Origin: Fervidobacterium sp.
Lineage (GTDB): Bacteria; Thermotogota; Thermotogae; Thermotogales; Fervidobacteriaceae
Assembly: GCA_049970055.1 (NCBI GenBank)
Contig: JBMFNR010000001.1
Span: 576,001-640,000 of the forward strand
DNA: 64,000 bases
Reading direction: 5' to 3'
Of the stretch, positions 30,233 through 40,849 are shown piece after piece; position 1 is the first letter of the stretch, and the number at the start of each line of letters is the position of its first letter. The notes beneath the pieces are model-generated. The model searched no databases. It saw only the letters and a program-made list of their open reading frames with translations, and was not told the DNA's origin. The position numbers and the translations under genes were made by a program.

Positions 30233-31807
30233 ATGAAATATGATTTTCTAAGCCGAACGCTTGCCGTTATCAACGATTTTTCAGTCCAAGAGCAACTTTT
30301 TTTGTACAGTAACACGAAACGACTGAAAGAAAAAGTAAAAAGCAAGGAAGATATTTCAGAATTTCAAATTAAGAAGGATACGAGTATCTACATAGTTTTT
30401 GTTGAACCGTCAACGCGTACCAAAGAATCATTCATAAATGCCGCAAAATTCCACAAAAACGCAAAAGTAAACATCTTCGATTCTGAGCACTCCTCGTTCA
30501 ATAAGCAAGAAAGTTATGTTGATACGTTTAATATGCTTACGGGCTACAGTGAATACTCCATTTTTATTTTGAGAACACGACTAGAAGGAGTAGTAAGGCT
30601 TTTGGAGCAAAAAGTTGGCGAATTTTCAAACAGACATGGTATAGAAAGACCCGCTTTCATCAACGGTGGAGACGGAAAACATGAGCATCCAACACAAGAA
30701 TTATTAGACGAATTTACGTTTCTTGAACAGATGAAGTTTGATAATTCCCACATAAGAATAGCGTTGGTTGGTGATTTATTGCACGGAAGGACTGTTCATT
30801 CAAAAGCAGATGGATTAAAGGTATTCAGAAATGTAGAAGTTGATTTAATCGCTCCTGAAGAACTCCAAATGCCAAGAAGTTACATTGAAAAAATGAAAAG
30901 GAACGGTTTTGAAGTAAGAATATATAATTCAATAGATGAATATCTTTCAGCAACTACTCCCGCATCTATATGGTATTTCACACGGCTTCAACTTGAACGA
31001 ATGGGTGAAGATATACTTGAAAAAGCTCCACTATTAAAAAAAGCGGTGACGTTCAGAAAAGATATGCTCGAAAAAATCCCACAGGGTACAAAATTTTATC
31101 ATCCACTCCCAAGACCAAAAATTGACCCTGAGATACCTACATTCCTAGATACCCTTCCTTTGAACGGTTGGGAAGATCAAGCGATAAATGGATACTGGGT
31201 AAGGGTTGTCTTGCTCTCAATGCTTGGAGGTGCATTAATTGCAGATTTTGATACTACTGTAAAAAAACAAGAATTAGATGATAATTTTATCGTTCCTGCA
31301 CTTATTGTTGATGGTATGAAGGGTGTTGAGAAGGAAGGAAAGAGAGGCATTAAACCTATAGATAACGGTACAGTTATTGATCATATTGCAAAGGGAAAGT
31401 CAACAGATGAAATATACAACACAATAATCAAAATCAGAAGGATATTGAGGTTATATGACGTGGACAGTGCGGATGGAATTTTCAAATCTGCCGATGGGAA
31501 TTACAAAGGTTACATAAGCCTTCCAGACAGATACCTATCTTTCAAAGAGATAAAAAAACTTGCAGCAATATCACCTAACACGACGGTAAACATAATTAAA
31601 AACAGGAAAGTTGTCGAAAAATATCGATTGCAGTTGCCTCCGAAAATATACAATTTCGATGAGATAAGGTGTAAAAACGAAAACTGCATTACTAATCCTG
31701 CGCACGGTGAACCCGTAAGTGCTTCATTTGTACAAATTGATGGTAAATTTGTATGTGAGTATTGTGAAACTGTCCATGAATATCACGAAATATGGAACGT
31801 AAAGTAA
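30233..31807 (+). CDS. pyrBI: Fused aspartate carbamoyltransferase catalytic and regulatory chains
   Basis: EPSTRT, HPTQ, HPLP; then IDNGTVIDHI and Zn ligands CKNENC...CEYC. Confidence 0.95.
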   Translation: MKYDFLSRTLAVINDFSVQEQLFLYSNTKRLKEKVKSKEDISEFQIKKDTSIYIVFVEPSTRTKESFINAAKFHKNAKVNIFDSEHSSFNKQESYVDTFNMLTGYSEYSIFILRTRLEGVVRLLEQKVGEFSNRHGIERPAFINGGDGKHEHPTQELLDEFTFLEQMKFDNSHIRIALVGDLLHGRTVHSKADGLKVFRNVEVDLIAPEELQMPRSYIEKMKRNGFEVRIYNSIDEYLSATTPASIWYFTRLQLERMGEDILEKAPLLKKAVTFRKDMLEKIPQGTKFYHPLPRPKIDPEIPTFLDTLPLNGWEDQAINGYWVRVVLLSMLGGALIADFDTTVKKQELDDNFIVPALIVDGMKGVEKEGKRGIKPIDNGTVIDHIAKGKSTDEIYNTIIKIRRILRLYDVDSADGIFKSADGNYKGYISLPDRYLSFKEIKKLAAISPNTTVNIIKNRKVVEKYRLQLPPKIYNFDEIRCKNENCITNPAHGEPVSASFVQIDGKFVCEYCETVHEYHEIWNVK

Positions 31808-31827
31808 ATAACAATGACGCCAGCAAA

Positions 31828-31852
31828 ATGCCCAAGCGAAATACTTGGGCAT
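31828..31852 (+). terminator. Probable pyrBI terminator
   Basis: ATGCCCAAG-N7-CTTGGGCAT followed by CTTTATT. Confidence 0.6.
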
Positions 31853-31881
31853 CTTTATTAATATCTTGAAGTCATTTTAAT

Positions 31882-31909
31882 AAAAAAGCTCCCCGGTTAG
31901 GAACCGGGG
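31882..31909 (-). terminator. Terminator of the hydCBA-rex operon
   Basis: CCCCGGTT-N3-AACCGGGG followed by AGCTTTTTT on the minus strand. Confidence 0.75.
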
Positions 31910-31973
31910 TGGGAAGGTGTGGTGGCCGTTGTGAGGTCGAGTCCTCACTATGTATGCATTCTTCATTATAACT

Positions 31974-32633
31974 TCACTTTGTCATTTTTTCCATTAACAT
32001 ATGTTTTATACCAAGAAGCCCCCTTGTTATATCCTCATTTTGTACAATTATATCTTCTGGCATTTTGAGTATCTTCGATGAAAAATTCCAAATAGCTTTA
32101 ATTCCGTAACCTACAAGTACGTCTGCAACTTCCTGGGCAGCGTTGTCCGGTACACAAATTGCTGCAATTTTGACTTTGAACCTTCTGACTACTCTTGGAA
32201 TGTCCTTTGGAGGCAAGATCATAAGCTCTCCAACCATCTGGCCTATCTTATTTGGATCGTTATCGAATATCGCTACCACTTGAACACCTATATTTCTGAA
32301 ACCTTTGTAATTTGCCAACGCTTGTCCAAGATGTCCTGCGCCGACTATGATTATGTTTTCTTGGTCTTTTGTACCAAATAATTCGTCAAGTTCGTTCAAA
32401 AGTTCAGGAACGTGATATCCCACTTTTGGCTTCCCGACGGTGTTTAAAAAAGAGAAATCTTTCCTAACTTGTTCTGCGGTTATCTTCAATCTTTCAGCTA
32501 TTTCCTCCGAAGATACATATTCACGATTTTCACTTACATAAAGTTGTGTCAGCAGAGAATGATAAAGCTTTAGCCTTTCAAACGTTGCTTTTGGAAATCT
32601 TAGTATCCCCTTTCTTTCTGCCGAGTTCATCAA
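31974..32633 (-). CDS. rex: Redox-sensing repressor Rex
   Basis: ATFERL..Y, QVRKDFS, G...VGY, VGAGHLGQAL, IWNF; overlaps the hydA 3' end by about 55 nt. Confidence 0.95.
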   Translation of the reverse strand: MMNSAERKGILRFPKATFERLKLYHSLLTQLYVSENREYVSSEEIAERLKITAEQVRKDFSFLNTVGKPKVGYHVPELLNELDELFGTKDQENIIIVGAGHLGQALANYKGFRNIGVQVVAIFDNDPNKIGQMVGELMILPPKDIPRVVRRFKVKIAAICVPDNAAQEVADVLVGYGIKAIWNFSSKILKMPEDIIVQNEDITRGLLGIKHMLMEKMTK

Positions 32634-34581
32634 GCGCCACCTCTTTTATTTTCTCAATTGTTGCTCTGTCTACTATTTTATCATTAACTAGGACATTTGG
32701 TGCCATTCCACAATTTTCAATACAAAAAGTCCCTTTTATCTCCAAATTCTTTGCCCAGTCTTCTGTGTTCGATAAATTGATGAGTTTTTCAAGTAATTCG
32801 TACGAACCTTTCGAATAGCATGATGTACCAAGACAAACACTCACGCTGATTTTTTCTTCTACGTCTGGTAATGGTAGTATTTCTATCTCTTTCTCCTCAA
32901 CCCTTTTTCTGTGCTTATATTCTGTATGTAGCACCTCATGGGCTTTGTGACTTAGCGGTTGATCGAAATACTTATTGTATAACTCTCTCATGTAAAAATT
33001 CTCAGTTGGTGAAATGAGTACATCTATGCTTTGTATTTGCTTTAATATTTTCATGCGCTTTGATCGTGTTCTTACATCGTTAGGATATGGTTGACCTCCC
33101 CCTCCTATACACCCAAAGTTACAGGCCATTACTTCCACAATATCGACATCCAATCTCTTTGCTTTTATATCATCCATTACTTTTCTAACATTTCCAAGCC
33201 CAAATACTGCGAGTCCTTTGACAGTTCCTCCACCTTTTATCTTCACCTGTGTAAGTATTATGCCCTGTGCGAGTTCTTGATTTGTAATATCTTCAACCTT
33301 GGATTTATCTTCGATAATACTAATGACACTACCTAGTACGCCTCCAGTCTTTCCAAAGCTTAATCCTGATTGAGATGCGAGCCCATACGGACGGTCAAAC
33401 GGTTCTGGCTCTATCATACTTATGTTTATTCCTGTTGATCTGAATAGTTTTACAAGCTCTCTAGTCGTTAAGACTATGTCAACATCTCCTTGAAATTCCT
33501 CACGCTGAGCTTCAAATTTCTTAGCAGAGCATGGCATTATTGATACAAGAACTATATCCTCTGGATTAACTCCTACTTCTTTTGAATAATATTTCTTTAT
33601 AATCGCACCAAGTGCCATTTGCGGAGATTTAACACTTGAAAGATGTTCCAAAAATTCCGGATAATATTGTTCTGAAAACTTAACCCACGCAGGACAACAT
33701 GATGTAAATTGCGGTAAATTTTCCTTCTTTTCTAACCTCTCGAGAAATTCGTGCGCCTCTTCGTATGCCACAAGATCGGCAGCAAATGAAACATCAAAAA
33801 CTTTCTTGAAACCAATCATCTTTAGTATTGAAACCATTTTTCCCGAAACCGTAATATCGTCTTCCAAACCAAATTCTTCTTGTAAAGAAGCTCTTACCGC
33901 AGGTGCGATCATTCCTATAACGTATTTTCCATGAGCTATTGCTTCGTAAACTTTGTCAACATCATTTCTAATTGACAAAGCGCCAGTTGGACAGTAAGCA
34001 ACGCATTGTCCGCAAAATACACATTCTGTATTTTCGAGTTTTTCTTCAAAAGAAGGAACAACCTGCGCTTCAAAACCTCTGTAAGCGAAATCTATAGCAT
34101 TAACTGACTGAATTTCATCACACGCCCTTACACAATCTCCACAAAGTATACATTTTCCATTATCTCTTACAATTATCGATGAGCTGTCCACGATTGTTTT
34201 TTTCGAAATTTTCTCAAATCTGTTATTTGATAGGCCGAATTCCTGAGCATATTTTTGAAGCTTGCATTTTCCGTTCATTTCACAAGTTGTACAATCACCA
34301 TCATGAGAAGCAAGTAATAGCTGGAGTATACCTTTCCTCATCTCGTAGATTTTTGGTGTATGTGTTTTTATACTCATTCCTTCTCTTGGGGTCAACGTAC
34401 ACGACGTTACTATATCTTTTCCGTCAACTTCAACAAGACACATTCTACATGCACCAAACACTGATGTTTCTGAAAGATAACATAGATTAGGAATCTCTAT
34501 ACCTACTTCCCTAAGAGCTTCAAGAACATTGCGCGCATCATCTCTAATTTCTACTTCTCTACCGTTAACAGAAATTTTCAT
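32578..34581 (-). CDS. hydA: Trimeric [FeFe]-hydrogenase catalytic subunit
   Basis: H-cluster motifs TSCCPAW, MPCSAKKFE and EVMACNFGCIGGGGQP; N-terminal FeS domains; C-terminal thioredoxin-like [2Fe-2S] (CLGTSC...CIENC). Confidence 0.95.
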   Translation of the reverse strand: MKISVNGREVEIRDDARNVLEALREVGIEIPNLCYLSETSVFGACRMCLVEVDGKDIVTSCTLTPREGMSIKTHTPKIYEMRKGILQLLLASHDGDCTTCEMNGKCKLQKYAQEFGLSNNRFEKISKKTIVDSSSIIVRDNGKCILCGDCVRACDEIQSVNAIDFAYRGFEAQVVPSFEEKLENTECVFCGQCVAYCPTGALSIRNDVDKVYEAIAHGKYVIGMIAPAVRASLQEEFGLEDDITVSGKMVSILKMIGFKKVFDVSFAADLVAYEEAHEFLERLEKKENLPQFTSCCPAWVKFSEQYYPEFLEHLSSVKSPQMALGAIIKKYYSKEVGVNPEDIVLVSIMPCSAKKFEAQREEFQGDVDIVLTTRELVKLFRSTGINISMIEPEPFDRPYGLASQSGLSFGKTGGVLGSVISIIEDKSKVEDITNQELAQGIILTQVKIKGGGTVKGLAVFGLGNVRKVMDDIKAKRLDVDIVEVMACNFGCIGGGGQPYPNDVRTRSKRMKILKQIQSIDVLISPTENFYMRELYNKYFDQPLSHKAHEVLHTEYKHRKRVEEKEIEILPLPDVEEKISVSVCLGTSCYSKGSYELLEKLINLSNTEDWAKNLEIKGTFCIENCGMAPNVLVNDKIVDRATIEKIKEVALDELGRKKGDTKISKSNV

Positions 34582-34602
34582 CGCCCATCACCCTCCCGAA
34601 AA

Positions 34603-36498
34603 TCAAACAAGTTCGATTGCGCCGAATTTACATTTTGTTACGCATAATCCACACTTGACACATTTGTCTTGGTCAATCACATATGGCTTTCCTCTTTCTC
34701 CGCTGATCGCATTATTTGGACAACTCCTGGCACATAAACTACAGCTCCTACATTTATCAGGATTAATTATGTACTTCTTAAATGCTGTACACATCCCGCT
34801 AGGGCATTTACCTTCTATATGCTCAATGTACTCATCTTTGAAGTACTTTAGCGTACTAATTATAGGATTAGGTGCTGTCTTTCCAAGACCACAAAGAGAT
34901 GCAGTTTTGATTATCTCCGAAAGGTATTCAAGAGTTTCGAGATCTTCATACGTTGCTTTGCCTTGCGTAAATTTTTCGAGTATATTGTATGCTTGCATTG
35001 TTCCTTCTCTGCACGGTACGCACTTTCCACATGATTCACGCTTTGTGAAATCAAGGAAGAATCTTGCAACTTCAACCATACATCTATCTTCCGTTATTGC
35101 AACAATACCACCAGAGCCAACCATTGCGCCGACAGATTTCAGCGTATCGTAGTCTAACGGCAAATCGAATAGTTCCTCGGGAAGACACGCACCGGAAGGA
35201 CCACCTATTTGAATTGCTTTTATCCTTTGCCCGTTAGAAGTACCTCCGCAAATGTTATCTAGTATATACCTCAAAGTTGTTCCAAACTGAATTTCGATGA
35301 TACCAGTAAGTTTAAGTGGACCTGTGACAGAGAACATTTTTGTACCAGGTGAATTCTCAACTCCAAGTTTTCTGTAATTTTCAACACCACTTCTAATTAT
35401 TTTGGGCACGTTGGCGTAAGTTTCAACGTTATTTATAAGCGTTGGTTTACCCCACAAACCAGATTGTGCTGGGAACGGGGGTCTTGGTCTTGGAACACCG
35501 CGCTTACCTTCAATAGATGCCAAAAGTGCAGTTTCTTCGCCGCATACGAACGCGCCAGCGCCTTCTTTCACATACAACTCAAATGAAAAATCTGTTCCAA
35601 GTATATTTTCACCAAGAAGTCCATATTCCCTAGCATCCTCTATTGCTTTGTTGAACATTTCAACAGCTATAGGATACTCCGCTCTAATGTAGGCATACCC
35701 TTTTTGTGCACCTATGGCGTATGCAGCAATTATCATTCCTTCAAGTACAGAATGTGGGTCTCTCTCAAGCAATGTACGGTTCATAAATGCGCCAGGATCG
35801 CCTTCGTCAGCATTACAAACGATGTATTTTACTTCACTCTTACTGTTGTATGCTGCTTCCCATTTCAGACCTGTTGGAAAACCTCCCCCACCACGACCAC
35901 GTAGGCCAGATTTTTTAACAATTTCGATTATTTCTTCTCTGCTCATTTCTGAAAGTACTTTAGCAAGTGAAGAATACCCACCACGTGCCATATAATCCTC
36001 TATACTCTCGCACTCACTTGTCCCTATTGCTTCCATAATGTAGAACGTTTGATTTTTGAAGAATGTTGCATTTTCAAGCCTTTCAACTTTCGTATTCGTA
36101 ATAGGATCCGTAAGCAGCAACCTTTCTATTGGTTCACCTTTTAATAGTGTCTTCTCGATAATTTCTTCAACATCATTCACTTTGACGTGACTGTACGTTA
36201 TACCATATGGCATAATTTTTACAAGAGGCCCAAGCGAACAAAGGCCACAGCACCCTGTTTTTTTCACTGGATCATCGTTATCATCTATTTTTCCAATCTC
36301 TATATCCAATACTCTTTCTTTTATTACCTGGGCAAACTTTTCGTAGACTTTTCTCGAACCACTAGCTGTACAACCAGTACCTACACACACATACACGGAA
36401 GGTTTTTTAAGTTTCATTTCTCTTTTCGCTTTCAGTAATTCTATGTATCTTAATAGCTCACCTGCGTTATTAACTTTTCTATCAATTGAAACTGACAT
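34603..36498 (-). CDS. hydB: [FeFe]-hydrogenase NADH/FMN subunit (NuoF-like)
   Basis: GRGGGGFPTG, NADEGDPGAFM, FVCGEET, IGGPSG, ESCGKCVPCREG, C-terminal 2x[4Fe-4S]. Confidence 0.95.
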   Translation of the reverse strand: MSVSIDRKVNNAGELLRYIELLKAKREMKLKKPSVYVCVGTGCTASGSRKVYEKFAQVIKERVLDIEIGKIDDNDDPVKKTGCCGLCSLGPLVKIMPYGITYSHVKVNDVEEIIEKTLLKGEPIERLLLTDPITNTKVERLENATFFKNQTFYIMEAIGTSECESIEDYMARGGYSSLAKVLSEMSREEIIEIVKKSGLRGRGGGGFPTGLKWEAAYNSKSEVKYIVCNADEGDPGAFMNRTLLERDPHSVLEGMIIAAYAIGAQKGYAYIRAEYPIAVEMFNKAIEDAREYGLLGENILGTDFSFELYVKEGAGAFVCGEETALLASIEGKRGVPRPRPPFPAQSGLWGKPTLINNVETYANVPKIIRSGVENYRKLGVENSPGTKMFSVTGPLKLTGIIEIQFGTTLRYILDNICGGTSNGQRIKAIQIGGPSGACLPEELFDLPLDYDTLKSVGAMVGSGGIVAITEDRCMVEVARFFLDFTKRESCGKCVPCREGTMQAYNILEKFTQGKATYEDLETLEYLSEIIKTASLCGLGKTAPNPIISTLKYFKDEYIEHIEGKCPSGMCTAFKKYIINPDKCRSCSLCARSCPNNAISGERGKPYVIDQDKCVKCGLCVTKCKFGAIELV

Positions 36499-36499
36499 T

Positions 36500-37024
<525 letters not shown>

Positions 37025-37033
37025 CTACATAAT

Positions 37034-37121
37034 TCGTGAATTTTTTATCGTTATTATATTCACGAATATAATAACCTAAAAATCGCTACTAGTCAAGCTA
37101 TTATTTGGAATTTTTTCACGA
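37034..37121. promoter_or_regulatory. Rex-operator-like sites upstream of hydC
   Basis: TCGTTAT-TATA-TTCACGA (37048-37065) and TTTGGAA-TTTT-TTCACGA (37104-37121), plus half-site TCGTGAA at 37034, against consensus TTGTGAA-N4-TTCACAA. Confidence 0.65.
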
Positions 37122-37228
37122 AATAAAATAAGGTAAGACTAATAAACCAAAGCGAGTTGTTTTCTGAGAAAAAGCAGGTATAATTGTTTTTGTGAAGTTT
37201 ATAAAAGGTAGAGAGGAGCTTAAATGGA

Positions 37229-38248
37229 ATGATAGGTAATTCAAATGCGTTGAAAGTTTCTGTTGTGCTGCCTGTTAAAGATGAGGAAAGGACTATAGAA
37301 AATGTGTTAAGGGCTTTGCTTTCTTCTGAGTACGAAAATATTGAGATCTTAGTTGTTGATGGCATGAGCAAAGACAAAACTCCAAATATTGTAGAAAAAT
37401 TTTGCAAACTATACGCAGGAAAAGTTAAATTATTGAAAAATGAAAAAGGGCATACGCCTGCCGGATTAAACATAGGAATCATGAATGCATCGGGTAAGTA
37501 CATAATGATTGCAAGTGGACACGCTTCGTACTCTAGAAATTATATTCGCGATTGTGTGGATGCAATAGAAAGTGGTTTGTGTGATGTGGCTGGCGGGGTT
37601 ATGGAAGTCGTACCGAGAAGTGATTCGTTAAAGGCAAGAGCAATAGCATACGTTTTGAAGCATCCATTTGGTGTTGGCGGTGCAAAGTATAGAATTGGTG
37701 CTAACAAGAAAACATACGTAGATACTGTTGCGTACGGAGTCTATAAAGAGGAAATATTCAAAAGTGTAGGACTTTTTGATGAGAATTTGGTTAGAAATCA
37801 AGATATCGAGTTCAACATAAGACTGAAAAGACACGGTTACAAAACAATGCTTGTACCAGAAGCGAGAGCTTATTATTTTTCCCGTGATACTTACAAAGGC
37901 CTTTGGTGGAACAATTTTGCAAATGGATTTTGGGTTTTGCACAGTCATAAGTTTGTTAAATATGCCTACCGTCTAAGACATCTGATACCATTTTTCTTTG
38001 TCCTGTATCTTTTAAGTCTACCTATGTATTTCTTTCTTCAGTTGAATGTTCTCAAATCACTTTTATTTTCCCCGCTGATTTTGTATTTTTTCTTTGATAT
38101 ATACTTCTCCATTAAATGTGCTTTAGAAAACAGAAACACTAAAATCTTCTTTTATGCGTTTTGGGCATTTTTCGTTTTACATCTTTCATATGGTTTTGGA
38201 TCTTTATTTGGTTTGTTGAGTCTAATCAAAAGAGCTCACTCAGAATAA
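37229..38248 (+). CDS. GT2 glycosyltransferase (ExoA-like) with C-terminal TM helices
   Basis: SVVLPV, VVDGMSKDKT, LNIG, FDENLVRNQDIE. Confidence 0.9.
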   Translation: MIGNSNALKVSVVLPVKDEERTIENVLRALLSSEYENIEILVVDGMSKDKTPNIVEKFCKLYAGKVKLLKNEKGHTPAGLNIGIMNASGKYIMIASGHASYSRNYIRDCVDAIESGLCDVAGGVMEVVPRSDSLKARAIAYVLKHPFGVGGAKYRIGANKKTYVDTVAYGVYKEEIFKSVGLFDENLVRNQDIEFNIRLKRHGYKTMLVPEARAYYFSRDTYKGLWWNNFANGFWVLHSHKFVKYAYRLRHLIPFFFVLYLLSLPMYFFLQLNVLKSLLFSPLILYFFFDIYFSIKCALENRNTKIFFYAFWAFFVLHLSYGFGSLFGLLSLIKRAHSE

Positions 38249-38281
38249 TGTCAAGGAATGATCTTAATTTTTTTACTCTCT

Positions 38282-39352
38282 TTATCTTAGTATGCTCATT
38301 AATATTCTTTCGGATGCTTTTCCATCACCGAATGGATTTTCTCTACCTTCAGGTTTGAATTCCAGTGCTTTTTTTAGACTTTCTAAAACTTTTTGAGTCG
38401 TCGTACCAGCAAGCACTCCAAAACCACTCTCAATTACCTCCGGTCTTTCAGTTGTTTCTCTGCATACAACAACAAATTTTTTAAACGTCGGGGCTTCCTC
38501 CTGTAACCCTCCGCTGTCACTTGCTAAGAAAAGTGCGTCTTTCAAAAGAGCAGTCATTACTATATAATTTACTGGTTCTATTAACTTGGCATATTTGCAG
38601 TCGTTAAGTTCACTATACACAATTTCTCTGACTTTTGGATTTTTATGCACCGGGAATACAAAATCAATCTTTTCCTCCTGTGCAAATTGTTTGATAGCTG
38701 TGAGTACGTTTCTCATTTTTTCTCCTATATTTTCTCGTCTGTGCAAGGTGACGACAAAATAATTTGTATGGTTGATGAATTTTCTTCTGACACTCTCAAG
38801 GTCGAATTTGTTTATTACATACATCTGGGCATCGATAACGGTATTACCTGTTACTAATATCCGACTTTGGGGAAAGTTTTCTTTCAAAAGAGTGTTCATT
38901 GCAAATTTAGTTGGTGCAAAGAGTTTTTCTGAAACTTGATCTATTACTCTCCTATTCATTTCCTCGGGGAATGGATCGTATAAAGTTCCACTTCTTAGAC
39001 CTGCTTCTACGTGTCCAACTTTGATGGATTTATTAAAAGCTGCAATTGCAGCTGCCATAGCTGTTGTTGTATCACCTTGTACAAGTATCCAATCGTATTT
39101 TCTCTCGCTTGCTAACTTTTCAAATTTCATTACAACTTTATAGGTAACATTATTGAGAGTTTGATTGTGTGTCATGATATTCATATCGTAATCAGCTTCA
39201 ATGTTAAATACTTCCTTCATCATATCAACCATTTCTCTATGTTGTCCGGTGCATATGAAATCTGCATCTATACCCAATTCCTTGGCTTTTAAATAAACCG
39301 GTGCCATTTTGATAATCTCGGGTCTCGTACCGAATACAATTCCAACTCTCAT
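38282..39352 (-). CDS. wecB: UDP-N-acetylglucosamine 2-epimerase (non-hydrolysing)
   Basis: FGTRPEIIK, QGDTTT, HVEAGLR, DSGGLQEEA, NPFGDG; start ATG 39352 after GGAGGTG. Confidence 0.95.
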   Translation of the reverse strand: MRVGIVFGTRPEIIKMAPVYLKAKELGIDADFICTGQHREMVDMMKEVFNIEADYDMNIMTHNQTLNNVTYKVVMKFEKLASERKYDWILVQGDTTTAMAAAIAAFNKSIKVGHVEAGLRSGTLYDPFPEEMNRRVIDQVSEKLFAPTKFAMNTLLKENFPQSRILVTGNTVIDAQMYVINKFDLESVRRKFINHTNYFVVTLHRRENIGEKMRNVLTAIKQFAQEEKIDFVFPVHKNPKVREIVYSELNDCKYAKLIEPVNYIVMTALLKDALFLASDSGGLQEEAPTFKKFVVVCRETTERPEVIESGFGVLAGTTTQKVLESLKKALEFKPEGRENPFGDGKASERILMSILR

Positions 39353-39383
39353 AGTTGCACCTCCGAACGGATTGTTCATAAGG

Positions 39384-39520
39384 TTAACCCTTTGGTCTAA
39401 GTACGTATAAAAGTCTATGTTTTTTTAGCCCTTCCGTATCTATTACCGATAATCTTTTCGTATGACATACTCTGATAATCCATGTTGTAAAGTAAGCAGC
39501 AAAAGTAGAAAACGAAGCCG
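39384..39520 (-). pseudogene. Possible remnant of a Wzx-type flippase C-terminus
   Basis: AASFSTFAAYFTTWIIRVCHTKR resembles the last TM segment of Wzx/MOP flippases; lies in a ~280-bp gap within the GT cluster. Confidence 0.3.
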
Positions 39521-39637
39521 CAAGGCAAGGTTTTTGTATTCGTTCGAAATATTCCACCTCTTCAATGTTAATAATCATTCTGACACATTTACAATGAAAA
39601 TGAGATTTGTTGATAAATTAGATTTCCATCTTTGAGG

Positions 39638-40849
39638 TCATCTTCTTGCCAGCGTTTCTTTGTAAAGGTTCAACTCTTTTTGAACGACATTTAACCAAGT
39701 ATATTCACGAGTTCTTTCAATAAGTTCACTTTCGTTATAGCCATCTTTCAGTACTTTTATAACTCGCTGAGCGAACCTTTCTTCAAAACCATTCCCGTCT
39801 TCAACCACATATTCATTAAATCCAATAGCTTCAGGTATACCACCATTATTACTTCCAATAACGCACGTCCCACAAGCTTGAGCTTCTAAGACAACACATG
39901 GCCAACCTTCACTTCTGCTTGGTAGTAACATTACATCCATAGCATTCATATATTGTGCTACTTTTTCATGTGGAACTCTTCCAGAAAAAATGGCGTTGTA
40001 CTTTTTCAACTCCTTTTCGAGTTTGCTCTTTAAAGGCCCATCTCCAACAATTAGGAATATGGTATTCTTCACTTCGTTTGAAATAAATTTGAATATTTTA
40101 GGCAATTTGTCAGCTCGCTTTACGTAAACTAGATTCCCTACAAAGCCAACATATTTAAAATCTGGATGATATATTCCAAGTTCCTTTCTAACTTTAGTCT
40201 TATCCATTGGTCTGAATATTTCGTCGTCAAATCCATTAGGAATGATTTGATAATTTTTTCCCGAGTAACCAAAGCTAATTGCTTTATCAAGCAATGCTTT
40301 GCTTACAAATATAACTTTCGATGCGTTTTCAAGAACTTCGAGATAATAAGGTCTCAAAAGCTTATTTTTCATTTGATAGTTTATATCACTACCATGTACG
40401 GTTACAATAAATGGGATTTTTAAACTTCGTGAAATTTCGTAAGCAACAAATCCCGCAGGCACTGGCATGTACATTCCGTGAGCGTGTATTATATCGAACT
40501 TTTCTAGACCGTAATTTTTCAACTGCTGTTCGATCGTTTTATAACGGGGCATCCACTTTTTATAAAAGTGTTTATAAAAACCTGCTCTTGTCTCAAGTGC
40601 GTCGAAAAAATTTCTTTCAACATAAGTTGGTAAGTATGATACATTTTCTCGCTCGCGAACAGGTTCAACCATTGATTTTTTGGTCAAGTATTTGATGAAT
40701 TTAAGTGGCTTACTTTCTCTGAAAGCAATTGCAACAGCTGTGTACTTCACTTGAAGATCACTGTACTTTCTAAGTCTATTAGTGATAAATATGCCACTTG
40801 TAGGGTTATTTTTCAATGGGTATAAATTCGTAATAACCAACACATTCAT
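39638..40849 (-). CDS. GT4 glycosyltransferase (TuaC-like)
   Basis: IIHAH, TVHGSD, IPNG, PSRSEGWPCVVLEAQACG. Confidence 0.9.
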   Translation of the reverse strand: MNVLVITNLYPLKNNPTSGIFITNRLRKYSDLQVKYTAVAIAFRESKPLKFIKYLTKKSMVEPVRERENVSYLPTYVERNFFDALETRAGFYKHFYKKWMPRYKTIEQQLKNYGLEKFDIIHAHGMYMPVPAGFVAYEISRSLKIPFIVTVHGSDINYQMKNKLLRPYYLEVLENASKVIFVSKALLDKAISFGYSGKNYQIIPNGFDDEIFRPMDKTKVRKELGIYHPDFKYVGFVGNLVYVKRADKLPKIFKFISNEVKNTIFLIVGDGPLKSKLEKELKKYNAIFSGRVPHEKVAQYMNAMDVMLLPSRSEGWPCVVLEAQACGTCVIGSNNGGIPEAIGFNEYVVEDGNGFEERFAQRVIKVLKDGYNESELIERTREYTWLNVVQKELNLYKETLARR

